Assembly (NCBI GenBank): GCA_951406725.2
Contig: OX597823.1
Span: 806,001 to 870,000, forward strand
Source of the DNA: Octopus vulgaris
Lineage: Eukaryota
DNA length: 64,000 nucleotides
Reading direction: 5' to 3'
In this document: piece after piece, positions 41,810-53,402 of the stretch
Position numbering within the stretch: position 1 is the first letter of the stretch
Layout: every line of letters starts with the position of its first letter
Position numbers and translations under genes: made by a program
Notes under the pieces: generated by a model
What the model was told of the DNA's origin: nothing
What the model saw: only the letters and a program-made list of their open reading frames with translations
The model's database searches: none

Positions 41810-43290
41810 TCTTGGACAAACAACAATGGCAAAAAGATGGAAGTGAGAATAACCTGTTCTCGGGGTATTTTGGGTGTAGATCATGAATTTAACATCCGTT
41901 TCGTCCTGTGACTCTTCAGTGTCTTGTAAATGACCATCTTACTTACGTTAAGTACACTGACAGTTCTGTAGGAATTGAGTGCAAACACGATTGGGTGGAA
42001 ACTGTAAAAGTTATGAAAGGATTTTGATATAATTTTAATGGGGTGTCCCGAAGGTATTTGTCAACCTAACCTATGGAAATTATAAAAGTACACTCAGTAT
42101 TATTATAGTTATATGGGTCTAAATCTGTGGTAAATCTGACAAGAAACCAGACCTAATCACCCAACCTGAACTCAATGATCTAATTCGTGATCTAACACTT
42201 ACTAAGCAACAAAGTGAAGTCCTGGCCTCACGTCTGCAAGAATGGAACCTGTTGGATAACGATACTCGAATTACAGTATTTAGGAAGCGTCCTGCAGATC
42301 TATCTACAGCAATCCTTTACTTTGGAAAACAACAAGATTTTATTGTAATAATCTTAGAGACCCATTCAATGCCCTTGAGCTGACCTATGAACCAAATGAG
42401 TGGACGTTATTCACAGATGCATCCCTTTACAGTATAAAAGCGATTCTGTTGCACATTGGGAACACCATGCCTTCAGTTCCAATTGCTCACTCAGTCATTT
42501 GAAGAGAGACATATGAGAAGCTCGCTTTTATTCTAGAACACATAAGTTACAAGGAGAATGAGTGGATAATTTGTGTGGATTTGAAAGTAGCAGCCCTAAT
42601 TAATGGACTACAAATTGGATACACCAAGTTTATGTGCTTTGTTTGCGAGTGGGACAGTAGGGCCAGGTGAGAAGCTTATGTACGCTCAGAATGGTCACCT
42701 CAGGAAACTATGTTGCCTGGATGCCATAATGTAAATCACGAGCCACTAATTAAGAACGAGAAAATCATTTTGCCACCACTGCATATAAAATTAGGCCTAA
42801 TGAAGCAATTTACCAAAGTGCTGCAACATAACAAGCTATGTTTCCAGTACGTCAAGACGGTCTTCCCTAAAATATGTGATGCCAAGATTAAAGAGGGCAT
42901 ATTTGTAGGCCCCCAAATTCATTCACTTATGGCTGGTGAGGACTTTGGGGTGACAATGGATGAAACTGAGCTTGTGGCCTGCCATGCATTCAAAGATATA
43001 TGCAAAGGACTTCTGGGAAAACACCAAGTGGCCCAGTGAAGGAGTACAGTGGAGGACCTAATCAAGTGCTCCCAAGATCTTGGATGCAATATGTGACTGA
43101 AGATACACTTTCTTCATTCTCATCTGTCCTTCTTCCCAGAGAATGCAGGAGATGTGAGTGATGAACATGGAGAGAGGTTCCATGAAGATATAGCGTTAAT
43201 GGAAAACAGGTACAAGGGAAAATGGGGCCCAGCTATGCTGGCTGACTTCTGCTGGTACCTGAAGCATGACACACCTGAGACGTCTTATAA
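41810..43290 (+). mobile_element. Chapaev3-like (CMC superfamily) transposase pseudogene
   Basis: ELNDLIRDL, LASRLQEWNLL, CEWDSR, PPLHIKLGLMKQF, KIKEGIFVGPQI, KIHFLHSHL, SDEHGERFHEDI and MLADFCW motifs. The 3' end is cut by an RTE tail. The 5' boundary is approximate. Confidence 0.75.
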
Positions 43291-43578
43291 ATCATCATCA
43301 TTCTCATCATCATCATTGTTTAACATCTGCTTTCCATGCTGGCATGGGTTGGATCATTTGACTGAGGACTGGCGAGCCAGATGGCTGCACCAGGCTCCAA
43401 TCTGATCTGGCAGAGTTTCTACTGCTGGATGCCCTTCCTAATGCCAACCACCCTGCATAAGAGGTGCAGTGGAATCACAGGTAGATTAACAGATAAAGTT
43501 GTCTTTGTATGTGCCAGATGTGCAAGAACAATAAGCACTAGGAGCACATGGGACCTAGATTCTCTCAAATGCCCAGGA
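43291..43578. mobile_element. RTE tail (-) fused to an inverted RTE PHD/RT fragment (+)
   Basis: 43291-43452 is a reverse-oriented tail. 43455-43578 encodes HKRCSGITGRLTDKVVFVCARC, matching 4800-4925 in the opposite orientation. Confidence 0.75.
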
Positions 43579-44704
43579 ATAAACTTTGCAGGGGACTATC
43601 CATTGAAACCATCTCAACCTGGGTAGGAATGGTTTAATCCAAATAATTGCAACAGACTGAATTCCTCTAACAACAACAGCCAAAGACCAAGTGCTGGTGT
43701 TCACCAAGGCTGTGTGTTAAGTCTACCACTGATTAAAATGAATCAATAAAAAACCATGGTATTCTATTGAAGCAGCAACACTTGGAAGTTTCCAACTGAA
43801 AGGGAAAAAAACAATTTGAAGAGAGACACAAATGTATTCCAGGAGGAGACAGAAGCTAAGCAGAACAAAGAATGGTTGATGGAGACGGGTGGGAGACAGG
43901 GAGGACATGTGGGTCAATAACGATATACTTGGGGGTGTGGCTGTAGTTTATATTCACCTAAGTACATGACTGGTACTTCTGTTATTGAGAAAAGGAAAGA
44001 TCAATGTCAGAAAGCAGGAATAAAGCTTAGAAAAGAAAGAAATGGAAGTAAATTGCACAAAGCATTTTGTCTGATGCTCCACCGATTCTGACATTCTGAC
44101 TCTCCCATTTAGTGAAACCCAACGATGATGCAACACATTATATGATAATGTCATTATTTAAGATTGGGTTTCATCATTACATAACGTAATGTATGTTAAA
44201 GAGGACATTTGAAGATTAATTATTATGTAATATAGATCAACAACAAATAATATTAAAAGTCTTGACATAGGCAGAGCACATAATCAATCTAGAAACAGCA
44301 GACACCATGGACAAACTATTTCCGGGATTTGGAACTGAATTTGACGTCAATGGTAAGGAGATTAAAATTCTGATGACAGCCAATGAAAGCCACAAATAAC
44401 GGTAATTCTGGTCTGTATTACTGAAAAGGAAAATAATTGTAATAGTAAACGCAATGAAAATCAGAAATGGTGGTGGTGGTGGTGGGGGGGGGGAGAAGGC
44501 CTTGAGATAAGGAGTGTCTTGCAGGGTTTATTACTCCAACAAAATATAAAAGAAATAGGAAAAATTCTTTATAAAATATGAAAAGTGATGTAGAATTCTC
44601 TATATCAAAAGAAACCAACTGTTGGTCATAACACTCATACACACACATGGTTGTGTGTGTTTGTGTATACATTATATATATATATATGCATGTGTGTGTG
44701 TGTG

Positions 44705-44893
44705 TGTTTTACTTATTTCATGACTGTGGTCATGGTGGGGCAGCACCTTGAAGCATTTTAGCTGAAGGAATTTATCCCAGACTAATTTCTTTTTAAGCTT
44801 GTTAATTATTCTGTCAGTTTCTTTTCTCTACTTGCTGAATTTCAGGGATGTAAACATATCAACACCAGTTGTCAAGTGTTGGTGGGGGAACAA

Positions 44894-44946
<53 letters not shown>

Positions 44947-45058
44947 AGCTCCTTTCAGATTCTGTTGACCAAATCCACTCACAATAACTTTGGTCAGCTT
45001 CAAGCTGTAATAGAAAACACTCTCCAAAGTTGCCCTGCAATGGGACTGAACCAATATG
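44705..45058 (-). mobile_element. CORE-like SINE copy with internal (CA)n
   Basis: Homologous to 59690-60095. Confidence 0.65.
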
Positions 45059-45062
45059 TGCA

Positions 45063-45098
<36 letters not shown>

Positions 45099-45207
45099 TG
45101 TGTGTGTGTGTATATATATGGAATTTATAAAAGAACAAAACAAAAGATGAAGACGGGTGTGTAAACAACAAACAAATGTATTAGTTTAAGCTCAGGAAGT
45201 GAGAAAG

Positions 45208-45246
45208 TCTTTAACGTTTCGAGCCTACGCTCTTCGACAGAAAAGA
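45208..45246 (-). ncRNA. Minimal type I hammerhead-like motif (Penelope LTR type), variant core
   Basis: Minus strand reads tctttt CTGTCGA a GAGC gtag GCTC GAA ACGT T aaaga. Confidence 0.45.
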
Positions 45247-45299
45247 ACACAGAATTAAACGGGGCGAAAAAAAGAGGGAGAGAAAATATATATGTATAT

Positions 45300-45655
45300 A
45301 TATGTATATATATGTATATATATATATATCATCATCATCATCATCATCATTTAGCGTCCGCTTTCCATGCTAGCATGGGTTGGACAGTTCAACTGGGGTC
45401 TGTGAAGCTTGAAGGCTTCGTCAGGCCCAGTCAGATCTGGCAGTGTTTCTACGGCTGGATGCTCTTCCTAACGCCATCCAGCCGTAGAAACACTGCCAGA
45501 TCTGACTGGGCCTGACGAAGCCTTCAAGCTTCACAGACCCCAGTTGAACTGTCCAACCCATGCTAGCATGGAAAGCGGACGCTAAATGATGATGATGATG
45601 ATGATGATATATATATATATATATACACATATATATACATATATATACATACATA
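45300..45655. repeat. Near-perfect palindrome of two RTE-tail copies with flanking (TA)n
   Basis: 45327-45462 is the reverse complement of 45475-45610. Centre ggctggatgctcttcctaacgccatccagcc. Confidence 0.9.
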
Positions 45656-45659
45656 TATA

Positions 45660-45890
45660 TGGCCGATGCCAGACCCCTCTGGCACCTGTGCAGGTGGCAC
45701 GTAAAAAACACCCACTACACTTGCGGAGTGGTTGGCGTTAGGAAGGGCATCCAGCTGTCGAAACACTGCCAGACTAGACTGGAGCCTGGGGCAGTCCCTA
45801 GCTCCCCAGACCCCGGTCGAAACCGTCCAACCCGTGCTAGCGCGGAAATCGGACGTTAAACGATGATGATGATGATGCTGATGATGATGA

Positions 45891-45893
<3 letters not shown>
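45660..45893 (+). mobile_element. RTE-tail repeat, related subfamily, (GAT)n tail
   Basis: Homology to 6500-6706. Confidence 0.75.
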
Positions 45894-45929
<36 letters not shown>

Positions 45930-45981
45930 TATATGGGTCCTGCTCATGCTAGCATGGAAGACAGACATTAAATGATGATGA

Positions 45982-46035
<54 letters not shown>

Positions 46036-46082
46036 GTCCTGCTCATGCTAGTATGGAAGACGGACATTAAATGATGATGATG

Positions 46083-46147
<65 letters not shown>

Positions 46148-46154
46148 TATACAT

Positions 46155-46195
<41 letters not shown>

Positions 46196-46505
46196 CTCTG
46201 TTGAACTGGATGGACGTCTTTTGTTTCTCTCTCCCAAAGTCAGTAGCAAGCTACACAGCTTCAAAACTTAACTGACCTTAAATATATATATATGTTTGTA
46301 ACCAAGTGTTTGCCTACAAACCCGTAAGTACGTTTTTATTTAACTACAAATTGTTATATACACTTGTTTTTCTTTTAATATCTTCAAACAACCAAATAAT
46401 CAAAAACTCACACCCTCAAGAGAGAACATTTATATATATATACACTTCTTTAACTCCCAAGAAAGAATATATATATATATCAAAAAAATCAAAAGAAAAA
46501 CAAAC

Positions 46506-47707
46506 ATGACTAACTTGCAGGCCTGCAACAGACGAAATTGGTCCGATAATGAAATTGATGTTTTAATAAACACTTGGTTCTCTCTTTCCCAAACAGATAA
46601 TTTAAATGTTTTGTGTTTGAATGAGATTGCCGAAAAAACATCACAAGTGATCAACACACGATCCGTCAAACAGATTCGTAGTAAACTGAAACATATCGAA
46701 GTATCTTTCAAACTGACAAAAGGCCATTTTGAAAAGCTTCTTTATATTTTCACTGTTCAAGAACAGCAACAGCTAGAAAATCAGCAGCCACAACAACAAC
46801 AACAACAGAATGAGCCACTCCTGGTTCCCAGCACAATGGCTGACCCTAACATCGGTCAAGCACAACAACAACAACAACAGCAACAACAACAACAACAGCC
46901 ACTCCTCAACTCTAGCATACTAGACGATTCACTAAATGCCAGTATCTTTTCACAGCAACCACCACAATTATAATCATCATCATCACCACTGCTGCCACCA
47001 TCGTCTTCTATCACCAAAAACCAAAAAGGAAACCACTGCTCTCTTCCCCCACATCACCACCTCAATACCACTGCAGTAACAAAAACTTAAAGAAACATAG
47101 GAAGCAGAATGCGCCCCCCACGGCACAAACAAGAAACCCCAGAATATGCCGCTATTCACTGCGCCAGAGACTCTGCACAAATAGTGACTGCATCTTCACG
47201 CATCTACCCGGCACTAGACGCACTACCGGCCAAGGCCAAAGCACGCATCCCACAATAACATCAACACCACCAAATAGTAAATCGAAATTCAAAACACACA
47301 CAACTCGGAGTCCCAAAATCTGCCGGTATTCCCAACGTGAGAGAACATGTCTGCTGAGTGACTGTCCCTTCACTCATCTTCCAGGGACCCGACGCACAAA
47401 CAGAAACGGGGCTTCAAGCCAACACACAAACCTGAATAAAAATAAAAATAGAAACACACCATGCTGCAGTAATGCTGGTCCAGTCTTTTCAGGAAGACAC
47501 AAAAACAACAACAACAAAAGTGGAAACTACAACCCTATCCAACAGTGCAACCACACCTCCAGCCAAAAACTGCTCCCTAAGCAGGAAAATTCTTTTTTAG
47601 CCATGTTGAACATGGCAAAAGAGACACACAAAAATATTCTAGCCATCACTCAACACCATCCTATGCTATTACCCCAGTGCACCAATTCCCCACATTGCTG
47701 CCACTAG
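46506..47707 (+). CDS. LINE ORF1, split by a frame change near 46920-46970: Myb/SANT-like N-terminus, polyQ, two CCCH zinc fingers
   Basis: RRNWSDNEIDVLINTW...RSVKQIRSKLKHI. A second frame open 46916-47707 (absent from the ORF track) has CRYSLRQRLCTNSDCIFTH and CRYSQRERTCLLSDCPFTH. Confidence 0.7.
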
Positions 47708-50700
47708 CACACACAAAAAATCCAAGCCCCCTGCAACAGTCAAAACCAGCCACTACACTAACCTCCACATTTCTACTCAATGCACAAGGTGTCAGCCCTT
47801 CCATCAATGCACAAAAATGGAAGGTCCAATTCATTGAAGACTGGGTTGGTAACCATCCACACCACATCCCTTTCTTCATTCTCACTGAGACCCACCTTGA
47901 CAACTCCCACTTGGAAGCCGAAGTGAGAGTGAAGAATTTCACAACCATCCGCGCGGATCGTATCGGCAGAAGGAAGGGTGGAACTGCCATTTTCCTGCAT
48001 GATTCGTTTACGGCAGATGGAAATAGTATATTCTCCAACGGCTACTGTGAATCAGTCACCGTGCACAACAAAGCCAATGACCTGACAGTAATTGGGCTCT
48101 ATAGGCCGCCCCAAACACCCATACTGTGCTTTAAAGAATGCCTCAACAGCATTAAGTGCTTTATTCAACAGTGCCATTCTAGCAACCTACTCATGATGGG
48201 AGACTTCAATCTACCCTGTGTTGACTGGTCTACAAACTGTTTGAAACCAAGCACTCCCGCCTCAACCGCTGACAAAGGAAGCAGCAGAGTCACTTTTCGA
48301 CTTTACGAATGAGTTTTTCTTGTCCCAACTTGTCCTTGCACCAAGACATCAGAACATTTTGGACCTAGTGTTTAGTAACCACACTAACACTATACATAAC
48401 GTTACAGTGGAAAAAACCCTTCTTTCAGACCATGACATGGTTCTCTGTAACATGAAATTCCACCAGCCGAAAGCTAATCCTAGTGACCTCCCTCCAGCCC
48501 ACCCATTTGACAACATGGATCTCCATAAAGCCAACTGGGATGCAATCAGGAACGAGCAATCACATGTTGACTGGTCCTTTACATATACACACATCTCCAC
48601 CAACCATAAAACATCTTGGCAGATCTTTGTAGACACTGTCACAGACATATGTGCAAAACACTCCCCACCAAGACCTGTGAACAAAAAGTGCAGAATCCCC
48701 CAAAACAGAAAAACCATTATCAGAAAAATAAAAAGAACAAACAAAAAAATTAACAAACTAAAGTACTGCCAACAGCAACACACACATTCGACGGCTATCG
48801 CACTGCTTGAATCCAAAAAATATAACCTCCAACAATGCATGAAGACCCTCATCAATAACCAAAGATCAGCTGAGGAGAAGTGGGCCATTGAAAAAATCAA
48901 ACTCAACCCCAAAGTGTTCTTTTCATTTGCGAGGAAACGCAGGGTCACTGTCTCCATTGTTGGCCCTCTAATTGATGAAACTGGCACTCTCCAAGATAAC
49001 GCCAAATCCATGGCCGAGATACTGCAGAAACAATACTGCTCTGTTTTCAGCAATCCTGATATGGCCGATCTGGGCTGTATCAGTGATGTCAACCCCCAAC
49101 ACACTATATCGGACATAACGTTTAGTGCCCCTGATGTCTTAGCAGCGATAAACGAAATAAAACACAATTCAGCAGTAGGCCCTGATAGGTTCCCTGCTTG
49201 TGTCCTGAAGGTGTGTCGACACCAACTTGCATCTCCCCTTGCTAATCTGTGGAGAAACTCACTGGATGCTGGCTATATTCCAAAAAACCTTCTGTCCCAG
49301 TCTGTTGTCCCAGTTTTCAAAAAGGGAAACAAGTCCCTTGCAGTGAACTACCGTCCGATCTCACTCACCTCTCATATCATCAAGGTATTTGAGAGGGTGG
49401 TGAGATCTCGAATAACCCAATTTCTGGAAAGCAACAGACGGCTGATCTCCAACCAACATGGGTTCCGTAGTGGAAGGGACTGCCTAACGCAGCTCCTGCA
49501 TCACTTTGAGGACATTTTGAGAGCTTTGGGAGAGGGCTCCAACACTGATGTCACCTACCTTGATTTCAGTAAGGCCTTCGACAGGGTCGATCACAAGATC
49601 CTATTGAAAAAACTATCCAGCATTGGTGTCTCTGGAAAGTTACTGAAATGGATCAAGTGTTTCCTGACAGACAGATCTCAACATGTTGTAGTTGAAGGGG
49701 TAAAATCAAGCCCAGCCAAAGTCAGTAGTGGCGTTCCGCAAGGCACTGTGCTGGGCCCACTTCTTTTCATCATTTACATTAATGACATTAATGACATCAT
49801 CAAGCACAGCAACATAAAAATCTTTGCAGATGATTCCAAGCTACAGAAGGTCATAAATGAGGCGAGTGACCGGACATGCCTTCAGTCAGATCTACTGGCT
49901 GTTATCCAATGGGCAGAAAAAAACAATATGCTGCTGAACGAGGATAAATTTGAGTTAATCCACTTTGGAAAAGAGTTTGCCCTGAAACTCCCATACTCCC
50001 TTCCTTCAGGTGAAACTCTCATGGCATCCAACAATATCAGAGACTTGGGAGTAATTGTGGACAACAACATAAGCTGGGCCACTCATATAAACAGCAAAGT
50101 TGACATGGCTCGCAGAATGTGTTCCTGGATTCTCAGAACTTTCCAGTCGAGAGATATCCACACCATTATCCTTCTCTTCTCCACTTTTGCCCGACCCCAC
50201 CTTGAATACTGTTGTCCACTGTGGTCTCCCCACACAATACAAGGTATCATAAAAGTTGAAGCACCCCAAAGGGCAATCACAAAAAAGATAGATGGCATGA
50301 CAGGCCTCGACTATTGGGGTCGACTAGAAAAGCTAAAACTCTATTCTCTCCAACGTCGTCGTGAGCGCTACATCATCTGCATGATGTGGAAAATATTCCA
50401 TCAGCATTGCCCAAATGATGTTGGCATCACCTTTAAGGTACATCCAAGGCTTGGGCCCCGTGCCATCCGCCCAAAACAAAAATCGCACTCTCATCTCATA
50501 ACAACAATACGGCACAATTATTTCACCTCAATTGGCCCCGCTCTCTTTAACATTACACCAAAACACATTAAAACAGAAACTGACCCTATAGGGTTCAAGA
50601 AGTCTTTGGACAGATTCCTTCAAGAAATCCCGGATAAACCCCCTACACCCGGATATGTCTCTGTAAACAATAACTCTCTACTTGAGTGGGCCATAGTGCC

Positions 50701-50710
50701 CAAATTCTGA
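47581..50710 (+). CDS. LINE ORF2: apurinic endonuclease + reverse transcriptase, one frameshift near 48280
   Basis: EN motifs LNAQG, LTETHL, YRPP, MGDFN, ILDL and SDH. RT motifs YRPISL, QHGFR, DFSKAFD, GVPQG, FADD, RDLG and LEYCCPLWSP. Confidence 0.93.
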
Positions 50711-51556
50711 CTTGAAAGACTTCACCAGGTGGTGCTATTAAGTTAGACATGGCCTGGGCCAATAATGGCTGAAACCTATCAAAGTATCAAAATATCAAAG
50801 TATATACATATACATATATATATGGGTCCTGCTCATGCTAGTATGGAAGACGGACATTAAATGATGATGATGATATATATATATATGAAATAGTAAAGGT
50901 GGCTGAAATCATTTTAAGACTGAAAAGGCTATAATTCTATATGTATGTATGCATGTGCATGGATGTATTCACATATATGTTTGTATGTGTGTGTGTAATA
51001 TTTCTATATATATATCATCATCATCGTTTAACATCCACCTTCCGTGCTGGTAAGGGTATCACCAAGGAGTTGTGAGTGGTGAGAATCTGGGTATATAGAG
51101 GGGGGAAGGGATGGGGGGAAGCAGTGATGCAATGAACAGGGTAGTGAGGACTGGGTGGGGGAGTGGGGGTGGGGAATGCTGTAAGTGGTTAGAACGTGGG
51201 TATGTAGGGGTGGAAGTGGACAGGGGGAAGCTGAGTAGGACCAATTGGATTGGGGAGGGGGAAATAATGGTTGTGTATGAAGAGGAAAAAGAAGAGAAGA
51301 GAAGCAGTTTGGGGAGCAAAGTGGATGGGGTGGATGTAGTTTGGTTTGTTGAGGATTAGGATGTGTGAAAGTCTTATTGTGGGACAACGCTTCTAGAATG
51401 GGTCTTCTCTACAACCTCATATCACCAGACCTTTCCGTCCAGTATTATTTCTTTTGTGAGTCCCAACATCCTGTGACCAGTCCTCACCACTTCATCCCAT
51501 GTCTTCCTGGGTCTTTCTCTTCCGCAAGTGTCAGGTATATATATATATATATATAT

Positions 51557-51930
51557 ATATCATCATCATCATCTAGCGTCCGCTTTCCATGCTAGCATGG
51601 GTTGGACGGTTCAACTGGGGTCTGTGAAGCCGGAAGGCTTCGTCAGGCCCAGTCAGATCTGGCAGTGTTTCTACGGCTGGATGCCCCTCCTAACGCCAAC
51701 CACTCCGTGAGTGTAGTGGGTGCTTTTTACATGCCACCCGCACAGGTGCCAGACGGAGCTGGCAAACGGCCATGAACGGATGGTGCTTTTACGTGCCACC
51801 GGCACGGGGGCCAGGCGAGGCTGGCAACGGACACGAACGGATGGTGCTTTTACGTGCCACCGGCACGAGGCCAGTCGGAGCGGCGCTGACAACGGTCAAG
51901 AACCAGCGGTCAAGACCGCTGGCAACGGTC
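51557..51930 (-). mobile_element. Young RTE-tail/SINE-like repeat with internal tandem units, in (TA)n
   Basis: Reverse complement of 6339-6706. Confidence 0.8.
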
Positions 51931-51959
51931 ATATATATATATATATATATATTTATACA

Positions 51960-52800
51960 TGTATATCGAGGACATTCATAAGCTTGAAAGAAATGAAGCC
52001 AGTCTGTTTCACTGGATGTGCAATGCCAGTGTGCATGTTCAACAGCGTGTAAGCATCTTGAGAGAAAAGTCAGGCATGAGGGGCATCAGATGTGGTGTGC
52101 AAGAGAGACGGCTGCACCAGTATGATCACGTGATGTGTATAGATGAGGACAGCTGTGTAAAGAAGTGCCAATCTCTAACTGTGGAGGGAACCTGTGGTAG
52201 AGGTAGACCCAGGAAGACATGGGATGAGGTGGTGAAGCGTGATTTTCGAACTTTGACCCTCACAAAGGCAATGGACTAGTGACCAAGAACTTTTGTGATG
52301 TGTTGTGCTTGAGAAGACCCGTCAAGACAAGTGAAGTCATGGTAATGGCCAATGCTGGGGTCACGTAGCTGGCACTCATGCTGGTGGCATGTAAAGAGCA
52401 CTTTTCGAGGATTGGGAATCACAAATGCAAAGTGGTTGAGTTTCTTTCAAGCGTTGGGCCTCAGGGAGGCAAAGTGGCTGAGTTCCTTTCGAGTGCTGGG
52501 CCTCACGGAGGCAATGACCAAGACCTTTGACATTATGTCGCACTTGAGAAGAAGACCCATCAAGCCAAGAAAAACTGCAGTTGTGGCAGATACTGGTGTC
52601 ACACAAATGACACTCATGCCAGTGGCACATAAAAGCACCCATTACACTTTTGAAGTGGTTGGCATTAGAAGAGCATCCAGCCTTAGAAAACCATGCCAAA
52701 CTGGGGTCTGGTGTAGTCCTCCAGATTACCAGCCCTGGTTAAACCATCCAACCCATGCCAGCATGGACAACGGATATTAAATTATGATGATGACAATAAT
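51960..52800 (+). mobile_element. 3' end of RTE LINE (ORF2 C-terminus + 3' UTR + (GAT)n tail)
   Basis: KLERNEASL, QERRL and VEGTCGRGRPRKTW motifs, followed by the tail shared with the dispersed short repeats. Confidence 0.85.
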
Positions 52801-53162
52801 GATGAGGATAATGATGTATAAGTATGTATGTATGTATTTTTGGGTATATATATATAGATATCATAATCGAAAGGCTCTGATTTATAGTGCCTTGAGTTGC
52901 TCATTTCTGAATATTCAAAAAGTATTTGGAGAATAAATATTCAAAAGAAAACCAGGCTTGGTTTCCCAGAAGCTGTTTGGAAATGAGCAACTCTGAGCCC
53001 TGGGAATTGGAGGGTTTCATTGAAAGCTATTAAAAATTACTCTCCATTTGCACTGAGTTCTGTAATTTATTTTTTCGAGTGAATTTTCTGTCCAATTACC
53101 CTCCAACATGGTTATATGATTTTGCACTAATATATTTATATATATATATATATAAATATGCA

Positions 53163-53210
<48 letters not shown>

Positions 53211-53361
53211 TATATACATATATATACTTTATTTAAAAGCAGCAGAAACTCAGAGTAACAGGTTTTGTTGAATTTCTGCTGCGTTTAAATAAAGCATATT
53301 ACTCTACCCCTGGTATTTGAGTACTCTTTTTTTCCACCTTGTTTCACATTTACTCCGGTAT

Positions 53362-53402
<41 letters not shown>

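Larger units (their letters stand above)
46189..50803 (+). mobile_element. Near-intact full-length CR1-group LINE (5' UTR, ORF1, APE-RT ORF2, (TATCAAAG)n tail) inserted in (TA)n
   Basis: ORF1 from 46506, endonuclease and RT ORFs downstream, and an 8-bp tandem tail at 50777-50803. Confidence 0.92.

Noticed and set aside
48349-49167. 272-aa antisense ORF within the LINE
   Set aside because: No recognisable motifs; explained as a shadow of the sense ORF2.
52894-52993. 14-bp inverted repeat gagttgctcatttc/gaaatgagcaactc as a MITE
   Set aside because: Single occurrence, no TSD, and too short to support a call.
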